DNA of 64,000 nt, from NCBI GenBank assembly GCA_051867075.1, contig JBJDYG010000017.1:3747-67746 (forward strand), read 5' to 3'. This DNA comes from Faecousia sp. (lineage in GTDB: Bacteria; Bacillota; Clostridia; Oscillospirales; Oscillospiraceae). Shown piece after piece: positions 38,044 through 48,737 of this stretch; position 1 is the stretch's first letter, and the number at the start of each line of letters is the position of its first letter. A model generated the notes under the pieces. That model saw only the letters and a program-made list of their open reading frames with translations. It was not told the DNA's origin and did not search any database. The position numbers were made by a program, and so were the translations under genes.

Positions 38044-38359
38044 TACCGTTTCTGGACCAAATCCCCACGCGAAACCATCGTACCACGAACTATATTCGAT
38101 CTGCATGTCGCGCCTTGCAAATTGGCAGGTGCAAGGGCTTTGCGCTGTTTTGTGCCAAAACCCTACCCCAAAACAACGTATTAAACAGCGGTATCCGGTT
38201 GGGATACCGCTGTAAATTTTATAAGCAATCTGTAAGCAGGCAAAGCTTTTTGCCCTATTGTGTCTGGTTCTGCATTGCGTCTTTGTGCCTGCCTTTTTGG
38301 TTCTCTTTCTGCCGCCCGGGCATAGGATGTTCCATACATCTGAAACTTGAGGTGGTACT

Positions 38360-38971
38360 ATGGAACATAGCGCAAATCAAATCACCCTGCGGGGAAACCT
38401 GTCCGCGCCCCCCACGTTCTCCCACGAAAACCACGGACGGAAGTTTTTCAAGTTTTATCTGGAAGTGCCGAGGCTGTCCGGGGTTGTGGACAGCCTGCCC
38501 GTTATCGCGGAAAAATCGCTTCTGGAAGCCGCCGGGGCGGAAAACGGAAACATGCTCACCGTCACCGGGCAGATCCGCTCCCACAATGTCCGCACCGATG
38601 GACGGCGGCATCTGATGATCTTCGTCTTTGCCGCCGAACTGACCTGCGAGGACGGAGAAGCCAGGAACGATGTGACGCTGGAGGGCTTTCTCTGCCGGGA
38701 GCCGATCTATCGCCGCACGCCTTTGGGGCGGGAGATCTGCGACGTGATGCTTGCAGTGCCAAGGGCATTCCAGCGGGCGGATTATCTGCCCTGCATTCTC
38801 TGGGGACGGACGGCGCAGGACGCTTCCCGGTGCCATACCCGGGACAAAATCGGCATCACAGGCCGCCTGCAGAGCAGGGTCTACACCAAACTGACGGAAG
38901 AAGGCGTGGAGGAACGGACAGCCTATGAAATCTCCGCCCTGACTGCGGAAATTCCGGAAGATCTATACTGA
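38360..38971 (+). CDS. ssb: Single-stranded DNA-binding protein (two OB folds, clostridial type)
   Basis: Two OB-like halves; YRRTPLGREICD..LAV.R...RADY.PCI.WGR; GRLQSRVY. Confidence 0.85.
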   Translation: MEHSANQITLRGNLSAPPTFSHENHGRKFFKFYLEVPRLSGVVDSLPVIAEKSLLEAAGAENGNMLTVTGQIRSHNVRTDGRRHLMIFVFAAELTCEDGEARNDVTLEGFLCREPIYRRTPLGREICDVMLAVPRAFQRADYLPCILWGRTAQDASRCHTRDKIGITGRLQSRVYTKLTEEGVEERTAYEISALTAEIPEDLY

Positions 38972-39236
38972 TACGCCCTTGATAGACACCGCCAAGTGGC
39001 GTTAACGCGCTAAGCGCCGCCTTTGGCGGTTGCGCTCTGTACGCCCACTTCGGCAGGGAACCCGTCTCATTATGACCTTCCTATCAGATGCTTCCGTTCT
39101 TTCGAATTAAAGTTTTTAATTGAGTATCGGTATATGAAATATCCACTTTTTGTTACCGATCAGTATGATGTTTTCTATTGCATCGCCGTCTTTTTCGTGA
39201 TATATTGGAATAAAACAGAGAAAAGGACAGATACCT

Positions 39237-39869
39237 ATGAACAAGACAGAAAAGGTAAACGCCATCATAGACATTCTCAAGCAGCGCTACGGCGACGCGC
39301 CCTGCGCTCTGCATTATGGCAAGGACTACGAGCTGATGATCGCCGTGCGGCTCTCGGCCCAGTGTACCGACGCCCGGGTTAATCTGGTCACCCCCGCCCT
39401 CTTCGCCGCCTATCCCACGCTGGAAGCCATGGCAGCGGCGGATATTGCGGACGTGGAAAACTATGTCCATTCCTGCGGCTTCTACAAGCACAAGGCACGG
39501 GATATTGTTCTTGCCTGCCAGATGCTTTTATCCGACTACGGCGGAAAGGTCCCCGGCACCATGGAGGAGCTGCTGCGCCTTCCCGGCGTCGGGCGGAAAA
39601 CCGCCAATTTGCTGTTGGGCGACCTGTATGCCGTCCCGGGCAGTGTGGTCTGCGATACCCACTGCATCCGTATCTGCGGCCGGCTGGGGCTGAGTAAGGG
39701 CAAGGAACCGGAAAAAGTGGAGCAGCAGCTTCGCAAAATCCTCCCGCCGGAGGAAAGCTCGGACTTCTGCCATCGGATCGTACTCTTTGGCCGGGACTGC
39801 TGCACGTCCCGGAATCCCAAATGCGGAGAATGTCCGCTGACAATGTACTGCAAGGAATTTAATCCGTAA
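39237..39869 (+). CDS. nth: Endonuclease III
   Basis: LSAQCTD, LPGVGRKTA HhH, DTH, C-X6-C-X2-C-X5-C Fe-S motif. Confidence 0.95.
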   Translation: MNKTEKVNAIIDILKQRYGDAPCALHYGKDYELMIAVRLSAQCTDARVNLVTPALFAAYPTLEAMAAADIADVENYVHSCGFYKHKARDIVLACQMLLSDYGGKVPGTMEELLRLPGVGRKTANLLLGDLYAVPGSVVCDTHCIRICGRLGLSKGKEPEKVEQQLRKILPPEESSDFCHRIVLFGRDCCTSRNPKCGECPLTMYCKEFNP

Positions 39870-39895
39870 TTTCTCCCCCCTCGTCCGCATAGGCT
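39866..39895 (+). promoter_or_regulatory. Possible SigE promoter of the flippase gene
   Basis: gtaattt - 15 nt - cataggct resembles the SigE consensus; a SpoVB-like gene follows. Confidence 0.45.
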
Positions 39896-39915
39896 GTGGA
39901 CAAGGGGGGATCGCT

Positions 39916-41412
39916 TTGCCCAAAAAGCTGCCGATATTTTATTCCGCCCTGCTGCTCACCGGGGTTAATTTACTGCTGCGGCTGGTAGGGACTTCCTTTC
40001 AGGTGTACATATCCGGGCGGATCGGCGCCGCCGGAGTTGGACTGCTGCAGCTTACCATGTCCGTGGGGAATCTGGCTATGGTGGCAGGTATTGCAGGAAT
40101 CCGAACCGCCGCCATGTACCTCACTGCCGAAGAGCTGGGGCGGAAAAGGGCTGGAAATGTGACCTGGGTGCTGTCCGGGTGTTTTCTTTACAGCATTCTA
40201 TGCAGCGGAACTGTCGCGGCTGTCCTGTATGCCTCCGCTCCGGCGCTGGCAGAGAACTGGATCGGTGATGTGCGCACCGTGAATGCCCTGCGGCTGCTGG
40301 CGGCATTTCTGCCTGTCACCTGTCTGTGCGGTGTGATGACCGGGTATTTTACCGCCGCAAACCGTATTGGCACGCTTTCCGCTGTGGAAGTCGCGGAACA
40401 GCTGGCATCCATGGCAGTCACCATGGCGGCGCTGAAATTCTGGGCAGGAGGCGATCCTGGGCGCGCCTGCCAGAGCGTTGTGCTGGGCGGGTGCTTTGGA
40501 GCCTGTCTGACCCTTTGCTGCCTGATGATTCTGCGGCTGGGCGAACGGATAAAGCCCGGGCCGAGAATTCCCATAAGAAGCCGGCTTCTGCAGGCAGCCG
40601 TTCCGCTGGCGCTGGCGGATGTGCTGAAATCCGGCATCAGCACCACGGAAAACCTGATGGTTCCCAAACGGCTGGCGCTGAATTCTCTGATCGACAGTCC
40701 TCTTGCGGCCTTCGGCGTGGTCAGCGGCATGGTTTTTCCCGTTCTGATGTTTCCTGCCTGTATTCTGTTTGGTCTGGCGGAGCTACTGATCCCGGAGCTT
40801 GCCCGGTGTGCTGCCGCCGGGAGCAAAAAACGCATTTCCTATCTGGTGCGGCGAAGTCTACGCACTGCCATGCTGTATGGCATTTTGTTCAGCGGTCTGG
40901 AATTTCTGTTGGCTGACAGGCTGTGTGCGTCTCTTTACAGCAATGCGGAAGCGGGACGCTGGCTGCGGCTTTACGCCCTGCTGATCCCCATGCTTTACTG
41001 CGACGCCATCACCGATGCCATGACCAAGGGTCTGGGGCAGCAAAAGATCTGCGTCCGCTATAATATCCTGACCAACGCCATGGACGTGGCGTTTCTCTAT
41101 CTGTTACTGCCGAAATACGGAATGCAGGGCTATTTTTTCAGCTTCTTCGTCACGCATCTGGTGAATTTCATCCTCAGTCTGCGCAGGCTTTTGAAAATCA
41201 CCGGAGAAACGATCCCCTTTTCCATTCCGGCGCTGTCCGCCGCAGCCGCCCTTGCCGCGGTTTGGGGTGTTTCCCATGTGTCTTCTCCTGCCCTGCAGAC
41301 AGTTCTTTACCCCCTCCTGCTTGCTTGCCTGATGTATCTTCTCGGTATCGTCCGGCTGGAGGATATCCAATGGCTCAGAGGACTGATCCTCAGGAAAAAA
41401 GCTGGAAGCTGA
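39916..41412 (+). CDS. Polysaccharide biosynthesis / MOP flippase (SpoVB-like)
   Basis: About 14 TM segments; RIGAAGVGL.QL; AVPLALA; LIPELA motif as in SpoVB. Confidence 0.8.
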   Translation: MPKKLPIFYSALLLTGVNLLLRLVGTSFQVYISGRIGAAGVGLLQLTMSVGNLAMVAGIAGIRTAAMYLTAEELGRKRAGNVTWVLSGCFLYSILCSGTVAAVLYASAPALAENWIGDVRTVNALRLLAAFLPVTCLCGVMTGYFTAANRIGTLSAVEVAEQLASMAVTMAALKFWAGGDPGRACQSVVLGGCFGACLTLCCLMILRLGERIKPGPRIPIRSRLLQAAVPLALADVLKSGISTTENLMVPKRLALNSLIDSPLAAFGVVSGMVFPVLMFPACILFGLAELLIPELARCAAAGSKKRISYLVRRSLRTAMLYGILFSGLEFLLADRLCASLYSNAEAGRWLRLYALLIPMLYCDAITDAMTKGLGQQKICVRYNILTNAMDVAFLYLLLPKYGMQGYFFSFFVTHLVNFILSLRRLLKITGETIPFSIPALSAAAALAAVWGVSHVSSPALQTVLYPLLLACLMYLLGIVRLEDIQWLRGLILRKKAGS

Positions 41413-41442
41413 CTTTTCTCAGCTTCCAGCCCTTTCTTCCTA

Positions 41443-42885
41443 TCACAGCGCTTTCAGCACTTCCAGCAAGAACCGCCAGGTGCGCTCTGTGGAGGCAATG
41501 TCCAGCTTTTCACGGCTTGTGTGGATATCATGCATCTGCGGGCCGATGGATACGCAGTCCAGTCCCGGCAGCTTTTCCCCCAGCAGGCCGCATTCCAGTC
41601 CCGCATGGATCGCCAGCACCTGAGGCTCCTTGCCGAACATCTCCCGGTAAAGGCGCACCATGGTATCCCGGAGGTTGGAGTCCTTCTTAAACTCCCAGGC
41701 GGGATACTCCCCGGCCTGAGAATAGGCGCCCTCATAAAACTCGCTGAGGGTTTTCAGCTGACTCAGCAGCTCCTCCTTCTCGCTGTTGACACTGCTGCGG
41801 ACGGAGAAGGTGGCGCTGAACCGGTCTCCCAGCTTGGCAATGCCCAGATTCAGGCTGGTCTGCACCAGTCCGTCAATGTCCTTACTTCTGGCCTGAACCC
41901 CGTTGGGGGCAGCGCAAAGCAGGCCGATGACCTTGGCAGTGGACTCGGTGGACAAGCTGTTGCCACCCAGCGCGTCTACGTCAAAAGCCTGAATCACAGC
42001 CTCCGGCTCGTCATAGGTTTCCCGGATCTCCGCCTGCAGCTCTTCCGCTATGGTGTTGATCCGCTCCAGGTGAATGCCCATGGCAACCATGGTTGCCTTG
42101 CAGGACCGGGGAATGGCATTGTCCTTGGTACCGCCGGCAAGGGAGGTCAGGCACAGGGGCATAAGCTTCTGAATCCGGTTCATGAATTCACCCATGACCT
42201 TGTTAGCGTTGGCCCGGTTCCTGTGGATATCCGCCCCGGAGTGACCGCCCTGCAGGCCGTCCACGCTGAGACGAATGCAGGGGCCGTAGACAGCCCGGCG
42301 CTCCACAGGCAGGCTGATAGCGGCAGTCGCCCCACCGGCACAGGACACGGTGAAGATTCCTTCGTCCTCAGAGTCCAGATTGATCATGGTTCTGCCTTTC
42401 AGTTCGGACAGGTCAATGGCATCCGCACCCAGCATCCCGATTTCCTCATCCACCGTGATAATCACTTCCAGCGGCGGATGGGGAATGGTGTCGTCAGCCA
42501 GCAGCGCCAGGGCGTAGGCCACGGCAATACCGTCGTCGCCGCCGAGGGTGGTGCCTTTGGCAAAGACGAACTTGCCGTCGTGGGTAATGTCCAGTCCTTC
42601 TGTCTCCATATCCACAGCGCAGTCCGCGTCCTTTTCGCAGACCATGTCCATATGTCCCTGCAGGATCACAGGAGCATGGTCTTCCATACCGCAGGTGCCC
42701 TTTCCAAAGAGGACAACGTTGTTCGACTCGTCCTGAACACAGCGCAGATCATGGTCTTTCGCAAAGCTCACAAGATAGTCGGAAATTCTTTTCGTATTCC
42801 GGGAACCATGGGGAATGGCACAGATTTCTTCAAAATAACCAAAAACCGCGGCAGGCTCCAGACCAGCCAGCTTTTTCATTTCCAT
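41443..42885 (-). CDS. pepD: Aminoacyl-histidine dipeptidase (M20C)
   Basis: LQGHMDMV, TTLGGDDG, TVDEEIG, NLDSED, GGHSG, HAGLECG. Confidence 0.93.
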   Translation of the reverse strand: MEMKKLAGLEPAAVFGYFEEICAIPHGSRNTKRISDYLVSFAKDHDLRCVQDESNNVVLFGKGTCGMEDHAPVILQGHMDMVCEKDADCAVDMETEGLDITHDGKFVFAKGTTLGGDDGIAVAYALALLADDTIPHPPLEVIITVDEEIGMLGADAIDLSELKGRTMINLDSEDEGIFTVSCAGGATAAISLPVERRAVYGPCIRLSVDGLQGGHSGADIHRNRANANKVMGEFMNRIQKLMPLCLTSLAGGTKDNAIPRSCKATMVAMGIHLERINTIAEELQAEIRETYDEPEAVIQAFDVDALGGNSLSTESTAKVIGLLCAAPNGVQARSKDIDGLVQTSLNLGIAKLGDRFSATFSVRSSVNSEKEELLSQLKTLSEFYEGAYSQAGEYPAWEFKKDSNLRDTMVRLYREMFGKEPQVLAIHAGLECGLLGEKLPGLDCVSIGPQMHDIHTSREKLDIASTERTWRFLLEVLKAL

Positions 42886-43076
42886 ATAAACGCACTCCTT
42901 TTCCATTGGATGTACTTACCTCCCGGGCAGCGGGCAGCTTTCTGATGGAAACGGGTCATGTCTCCACTGTCCATTGCCGCTTTCATATTTTACCACAGCC
43001 CCAGGAAAAAGTCTATCGCAATCTCTCACCAGAAAACAGCAAAGACTACGGGAAAATCCGTAGTCTTTGCACATTA

Positions 43077-43790
43077 TTACTCACTCAGGAGAAACCTCTT
43101 AAGTTTCTCCAGATCGTTATTGAGGATCAGCTCCTCGTTTACCTCCAGCGGCTCCAGCAGCTGCCGGGCAAGGGCAAAGTCACCCACTGCGCCAGGATCA
43201 TGGGCATCGGTGTTGACAACGATGTAAACCCCCTGCTCCATGCACAGCGGAACCATCTTCCGGTAGTTTTCCTCACAGTTGGGGCGCAGCCAGGGCTTGC
43301 GCAGGGAACTGTTGTTCACCTCCAGGGCGACGCCGAATTCCTTCGCGCCCGCTACCAGAGCCGGATAGTCCAGCGGGTACTGGTCGGTGTCCGGATGGGA
43401 GATAAATTTCACCTTGGGATTTTCCATGCAGCGGATTACGTTGTCCGTATTTTTCACGGTTCCCACATTCTCATAGCAAAGCCCGTGAATTCCGGCAATG
43501 GCATAGTCAAGGCAGTTTAGGTGCCGTTGATCCAGGGACAGTTCTCCCCCTGCCAGCACATTGACCTCGCTGCCGTAGAGCATTTCTACACCATAGAGCA
43601 TTCTGGGGGCATCACAGATATTCCGAAAATAAATGGGATCCACCGTGCCGGGAATGCCGGGGCCATGTTCCGTAACCCCGATCAGCTTCAGCCCCCGCTG
43701 GGCAGCCTCCGCCGCCAGCTCCCGAACAGTGCCGAAGGCGTGGCCGCTGAGCAGAGAGTGCATATGCACATCCGCAATCAATGGCTTCAT
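43077..43790 (-). CDS. PHP domain phosphatase (YcdX-like)
   Basis: DVHMHS, TEHGP, ISHP, NTDAH. Confidence 0.9.
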   Translation of the reverse strand: MKPLIADVHMHSLLSGHAFGTVRELAAEAAQRGLKLIGVTEHGPGIPGTVDPIYFRNICDAPRMLYGVEMLYGSEVNVLAGGELSLDQRHLNCLDYAIAGIHGLCYENVGTVKNTDNVIRCMENPKVKFISHPDTDQYPLDYPALVAGAKEFGVALEVNNSSLRKPWLRPNCEENYRKMVPLCMEQGVYIVVNTDAHDPGAVGDFALARQLLEPLEVNEELILNNDLEKLKRFLLSE

Positions 43791-43862
43791 AACAATCAGT
43801 CCTTTCCAGATATTCCATGCAAAAAGGCCACGGACATCTCCGTGGCCTCTTGATTCTTCGGA

Positions 43863-44099
43863 TTACACCAGGCTCAGCGCCAGAGTCAGCAGAACCCACG
43901 CGGCAGCAATCCACTTGGTGGAAGCGGCAAGCGTCTGATCCAGGCCGCCCTTCTTATTCTTACTCAGATAAGATTCGGAAGCACCGGTAATCGCGCCGGA
44001 CAAGCCAGCCTCCTTGCCGGACTGCAGCAGCACGACAACGATCAGTGCCAGGCTGCACAGAGTCTCCAAAACAATCAGAATCGTCTCCAAAACACCCAT
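43863..44099 (-). CDS. secG: Preprotein translocase subunit SecG
   Basis: VLLQSGKEAGLSGAITG; two TM segments. Confidence 0.93.
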   Translation of the reverse strand: MGVLETILIVLETLCSLALIVVVLLQSGKEAGLSGAITGASESYLSKNKKGGLDQTLAASTKWIAAAWVLLTLALSLV

Positions 44100-44233
44100 T
44101 ACAAAAACCTCCCTCCGCCAGATTCGCGGACAGCGAATGGTAAATGGCTCGTCATAACCACACGAACCTCACGATAGCCCGAATAGTATAGCATATGTTT
44201 TTCCAAATATCAAGGGGAAATCCAGAAAAAATC

Positions 44234-45361
44234 TTATTTCTGCACCCAGGTATTTGTGGCAAGGCAGTTCAGATAGCTCTCGATGAAGGGATCCAGCGCG
44301 CCGTCCATGACCGCGTTCACATTGGAGGTCTCGCACCCGGTGCGGGTATCCTTCACCAGCGTGTAGGGCATGAACACATAGTTGCGGATCTGACTGCCCC
44401 ACTCGATTTTCTGCTGAACACCCTTGATGTCGGAAATCTTGTCCAAATGCTCCCGCTCCTTGATCTCAACCAGCTTGCTGCGCAGCATCCGCAGACAGGT
44501 CTCCTTATTCTGGAACTGGCTGCGCTCTGTCTGACAGGAAACCACAATGCCTGTGGCCTTGTGAATCAGACGGACGGCGGAGGAAGTCTTGTTGATGTGC
44601 TGACCGCCGGCGCCGGAGGAACGGAAGACCTGCATTTCGTAATCCTCGGGTCTGATCTCCACGTCCTGACTGTCGTTTTCGATGTCGGGAATGACTTCGA
44701 TGGCGGCAAAAGAGGTCTGACGGCGGGCATTGGCATCAAAGGGAGACACCCGCACCAGACGGTGGACACCATTCTCCCCCTTCAGGAAGCCATAGGCGTT
44801 CTCACCCTCGATGAGGATATCCGCGCTTTTGAGTCCCGCTTCATCCCCTTCCAGATAATCCATGATCTTGTAGGTAAAGCCGTGGCGCTCCGCCCAACGG
44901 GTGTACATCCGGTAGAGCATCTGACACCAGTCCTGTGCCTCGGTACCGCCGGCGCCGGCGTGGAAGCTCATCAGGGCGTTGTTCTTGTCATAGTGTCCGG
45001 TGAGCAAGGTCTCGAGGCGGCAGGTCTCCATTTCTTCTGCCAAAGTATCATAGCCCTGTTTCAGCTCGTCCAGCATGGAGTCGTCGTCCTCTTCTGCGGC
45101 CATCTCGCAAATGGTCATCAAATCGTCCCAGTCCGACAGCATTTTCTCATATCGTTCAATCTTGCTCTCTGTCTGCCGTGTCTTGACCACGATCTTCTGG
45201 CTCTTTTCGGGGTCATCCCAGAAGCCGGGAGCCTCCTGCATGGCGTGCAGCCGCTCCAGTTCGTTGCGAAGGCCATCCAGATTCAGAGAATCCGCCAGCC
45301 CTTCCAAAGCGGGGCGGCAGTCATTCAATTTCTGCTTGTAGGCGTCGAATTCAATATTCAT
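44234..45361 (-). CDS. prfB: Peptide chain release factor 2 (single uninterrupted ORF)
   Basis: GAGGTEAQDW, SPF, GGQ and GSQIR motifs. Confidence 0.95.
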   Translation of the reverse strand: MNIEFDAYKQKLNDCRPALEGLADSLNLDGLRNELERLHAMQEAPGFWDDPEKSQKIVVKTRQTESKIERYEKMLSDWDDLMTICEMAAEEDDDSMLDELKQGYDTLAEEMETCRLETLLTGHYDKNNALMSFHAGAGGTEAQDWCQMLYRMYTRWAERHGFTYKIMDYLEGDEAGLKSADILIEGENAYGFLKGENGVHRLVRVSPFDANARRQTSFAAIEVIPDIENDSQDVEIRPEDYEMQVFRSSGAGGQHINKTSSAVRLIHKATGIVVSCQTERSQFQNKETCLRMLRSKLVEIKEREHLDKISDIKGVQQKIEWGSQIRNYVFMPYTLVKDTRTGCETSNVNAVMDGALDPFIESYLNCLATNTWVQK

Positions 45362-45433
45362 AACAAAAATCTCTCATTTCGTATAAGATGCAGCAGAAAA
45401 GGCCGCAAGTCCGAAAGCAAGGCTTGCGGCCTT

Positions 45434-45510
45434 TGGCACACCAGAGGGGATTCGAACCTCCGACCTACCGCTTAGGAGGCGGTCGCTCTATCCTGCTGAG
45501 CTACTGGTGC
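45434..45510 (-). tRNA. tRNA-Arg (anticodon CCT)
   Basis: Reverse complement GCACCAGTAGCTCAGCAGGATAGAGCGACCGCCTCCTAAGCGGTAGGTCGGAGGTTCGAATCCCCTCTGGTGTGCCA; 77 nt with encoded CCA. Confidence 0.97.
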
Positions 45511-45622
45511 ATATGCCATTATATTCTACCCAAATTTTTCTTGTCTGTCAAGAAAATACGTCACTTTTTTTAACTTCGGAAGCATATACTGTCAGGTAGC
45601 ATTTCGTAAGGAGGTAAACCGC

Positions 45623-45703
45623 ATGCACAGCAGTGACGATCCCCGGGCCGATTTGGATGATTTGATCTTCGAAAAAGGAGACGGTGGCCCCAGCGAGCGC
45701 TGA
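45623..45703 (+). CDS. Possible 26-aa acidic small protein
   Basis: AAGGAGGT RBS then MHSSDDPRADLDDLIFEKGDGGPSER*; CATATACT upstream at 45583. Confidence 0.35.
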   Translation: MHSSDDPRADLDDLIFEKGDGGPSER

Positions 45704-45926
45704 AACAAACCGGGCAGAAATGCCTGGTTTCTTTCATTTTATGCTGATTGTACAAATCCGGTTCCATTATTTTAATGATTTTGCACAATTAATATCCCGA
45801 AACCGGCAAATATTTGGCAGGAATTTCGCTTGCATCTGTGTATCTGGGGTGGTATGATACCGTGGATTACAGGATGGGGCTATCTCGTCTGTCGGATCGG
45901 ATTTTGGAAAAGAAGGCATAGATTCT

Positions 45927-47207
45927 ATGGAAATTTATCTGATTTGTCTCGCTGTCGCACTGGTTGGCGGTCTGATGATGTCCCGCCTTTCCAGGCTTTT
46001 GCATCTTCCCGCGGTCACCGCGTATCTGGTAGCGGGACTGCTGCTCGGCCCCTTCTTTCTCGGGGCATTGAACGTGCCCGGTCTGGGCTTCAACTCTCTG
46101 GAGCAAGTCGGAACGCTGAGCATTATAAGCCAGACCGCCCTTGGCTTTATCGCTTTTGCCATGGGCAACGAGTTCCGCCTGAGCCAGCTGCGGGCAATCG
46201 GCTCCCGCGCCATCCTCATTGGTATCCTGCAGGCAGTGATCACCACTGTGGCTGTGGATGTGGTTCTTGTGGTGCTGCATCTGTGCTTCCCCCACATTAT
46301 CTCCATTCCCTGCGCCATCACTCTGGGCGCCATCGCCGCTGCCACCGCACCCGCCGCTACCTTGATGGTGGTTCGCCAGTACAAGGCCGAAGGCCCCATG
46401 ACCCAGCTTCTGATGCTGGTGGTCGCCATTGATGACGCTGTTGGCCTGCTGCTGTTCTCCGTTTCCTTCGGAATTGCCATGGCGCTTTCAAACGGACAGA
46501 TCAGTGTGCTGGCTGTTGTGGTGGAGCCCATTGTAGAGATCATTCTGTCTCTGGCGCTGGGCGGCTTTATGGGATTGCTCCTGCACTGGGTGGAGCGGTT
46601 CTTCCACTCCCGCAGCAAGCGTATGTCCCTTTCCGTCGCCTTTGTCATGCTGACAGTGGGCCTTAGTATGCTGGAATTCCAGATCGGCCCGGTGCACTGC
46701 GGATTTTCCCTTCTGCTGGTGTGCATGATGACCGGCACCATTTTCTGCAATGTCTGCTCCACTTCTGAAGAACTGATGGAACGTGTGGACGGCTGGACAA
46801 TGCCGCTGAACATTCTGTTCTTCGTCATTTCCGGCGCGGAGCTGGATCTGCAGGTTCTGTCACAGCCCGTAACGCTGGTCGTGGGCATTATCTATATTGT
46901 CTCCCGTTCCATGGGTAAGTACTGGGGGGCAAACCTGAGCTGCCGGATCACCAAGGAGCCCAAGCCCATCGTGGATCATCTGGGCATCACTCTGCTTCCC
47001 CAGGCAGGCGTCGCACTGGGCATGGCACTCACTGCCGCTACCCTGCCAGACGGTGCACTGGCCCGGAATGTGGTGCTTTTCGCGGTTCTGGTGTACGAGC
47101 TGGTGGGCCCCGCGCTGACCAAGCGCTCCCTGCTGGCCGTGGGCGAAATCAAGCCGGAGGGCCGCACCAGCGCCCGGAAGCACAACGCGCCGAAAGAAGC
47201 CCGGTAA
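45927..47207 (+). CDS. Cation:proton antiporter (CPA2-like)
   Basis: About 12 TM segments; AATAPAAT, VAIDDA, FFVISG, LLPQAGVA. Confidence 0.9.
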   Translation: MEIYLICLAVALVGGLMMSRLSRLLHLPAVTAYLVAGLLLGPFFLGALNVPGLGFNSLEQVGTLSIISQTALGFIAFAMGNEFRLSQLRAIGSRAILIGILQAVITTVAVDVVLVVLHLCFPHIISIPCAITLGAIAAATAPAATLMVVRQYKAEGPMTQLLMLVVAIDDAVGLLLFSVSFGIAMALSNGQISVLAVVVEPIVEIILSLALGGFMGLLLHWVERFFHSRSKRMSLSVAFVMLTVGLSMLEFQIGPVHCGFSLLLVCMMTGTIFCNVCSTSEELMERVDGWTMPLNILFFVISGAELDLQVLSQPVTLVVGIIYIVSRSMGKYWGANLSCRITKEPKPIVDHLGITLLPQAGVALGMALTAATLPDGALARNVVLFAVLVYELVGPALTKRSLLAVGEIKPEGRTSARKHNAPKEAR

Positions 47208-47226
47208 CCTTTTCATATATTGCATG

Positions 47227-47260
47227 AGCGCCCGGTTTGGCATATGCCGAACCGGGCGCT
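47227..47260. terminator. Hairpin between convergent genes
   Basis: agcgcccggtttggc atat gccgaaccgggcgct. Confidence 0.8.
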
Positions 47261-47264
47261 TATA

Positions 47265-48737
47265 TCAGTTCCGAACCCCGTGGTGAACCCCGGGGCTGTT
47301 TTCGGTCAACGGTTCGAAGGTATAACCGTTGTTCAGACCCCAGACAATAATATCCTCCACTGCGTCCACGCTGAAATCGTGAATGTCATGCTGCAAAACC
47401 ACGGAGACCCGGCTCTGGCTGACCCCTTCGGTCACATTGTTAAACACCGTCTGGGCCTTTTTCGCACCGCCTGCATCGTTGCTGTCCACATTCCAGTCAA
47501 AATACTGGAAGCCCGCATCCTGCACCGCCTGGGTCAGAATGGTCATCAGCCCTTCGCAGGTATGCGCGCTGACGGTGTTGGAGCTGCCGCCGGGAAAGCG
47601 CATCAGTGTGGTTTTTACGCCGGTATTCCGAAAAATAATGTCCTGCATTTCGTAAAGATCCGCAAAGTAAGCTTCCGGACTGGAATAAATACGCTCATAA
47701 TCGTGGGACACCGTGTGGATGCCGATGCTGTGCCCCCTGTCCACAATCTGCCTCATCATTTCACCGTAGCCCCGGTTTGTGACAAAAAATGTGGCCTTTA
47801 CGCCGTAGCTGTCCAGCACATCCAGCAGCCGCTCCGTATAAGGGCCGGGGCCGTCATCAAAGGTCAGGTAAATCACCTTCCCGTCAGGCCATACCGTCTG
47901 GGGACGGGGTACCGCCGTCACCTCCACTGTACGGGTAACGGTTGTGACGTTTTCAAAGCCGTCGCTGACGCTGTAGGTCACGGAATATGTTCCGGGGGTG
48001 AGCCAGTCCACCATACCGTCTACCTGTACCTGCTCCGTCAGATCACCGTCCACATTATCCAAAGCGGTGTAGCCCGGCTCCTCATAAAATGTACCGGTGG
48101 TGATGGCAATTTCCGAACCGCCCTCCAGCAGGATCTCCGGGGGAATCGGATCATAATAGGGAACCTCCCGCTCCGCGTAGCCGGGGTTACCGGAAGAGTC
48201 CGTAACAGCATAGATGATCTTCCCGTATTGCTCCGTCCGGATCACGCGGTCCGTAATATCACCGTCGTGATTATCCACGGCCTTGTACCCTGCCTCTTCA
48301 TAAGGGGTGCCGGGAAACAGCGTCCCCTCCGGATCCGGGGTCAGGATGATCTCCGGACATACCGTATCCACAATGCGGACTATACGCTGTGTTTCAGCGT
48401 GCATTCCCCGGTACTCCGCCGAATAAGTCAGGATATACTTTCCCGGCGTTCCCTCGTCCACGCTGCCCTGTATGCTGACCGTGGCGTCCTTCGGGACCAT
48501 CCCATCCCTCCACAGCAGAGAGCCACGCAGGCACAATTCCACACCCGGATCCTGAAAATGCCCGCCGTATTCCAGCATCATCTCCGGTTCCCCGTTCATC
48601 TGAAGGGAAAGGGAAAACTGATTTACCATCAAGGTAAAAAAAGCCGCCCCTCCCAGCAGCAAAGCCAGCACCGCGGCAACACCCAGTATCCATTTCCAGC
48701 CGCCTCCCCGGGGCTGTTTGTAAACCTGTTCCTCCAT
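47265..48737 (-). CDS. Polysaccharide deacetylase with DUF5011/Ig-like repeats
   Basis: YLTFDDGP, ATFFV, H..SH, RFPGG, DWNVDS.D, VLQHD; three A.D..DGD.T repeats. Confidence 0.93.
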   Translation of the reverse strand: MEEQVYKQPRGGGWKWILGVAAVLALLLGGAAFFTLMVNQFSLSLQMNGEPEMMLEYGGHFQDPGVELCLRGSLLWRDGMVPKDATVSIQGSVDEGTPGKYILTYSAEYRGMHAETQRIVRIVDTVCPEIILTPDPEGTLFPGTPYEEAGYKAVDNHDGDITDRVIRTEQYGKIIYAVTDSSGNPGYAEREVPYYDPIPPEILLEGGSEIAITTGTFYEEPGYTALDNVDGDLTEQVQVDGMVDWLTPGTYSVTYSVSDGFENVTTVTRTVEVTAVPRPQTVWPDGKVIYLTFDDGPGPYTERLLDVLDSYGVKATFFVTNRGYGEMMRQIVDRGHSIGIHTVSHDYERIYSSPEAYFADLYEMQDIIFRNTGVKTTLMRFPGGSSNTVSAHTCEGLMTILTQAVQDAGFQYFDWNVDSNDAGGAKKAQTVFNNVTEGVSQSRVSVVLQHDIHDFSVDAVEDIIVWGLNNGYTFEPLTENSPGVHHGVRN

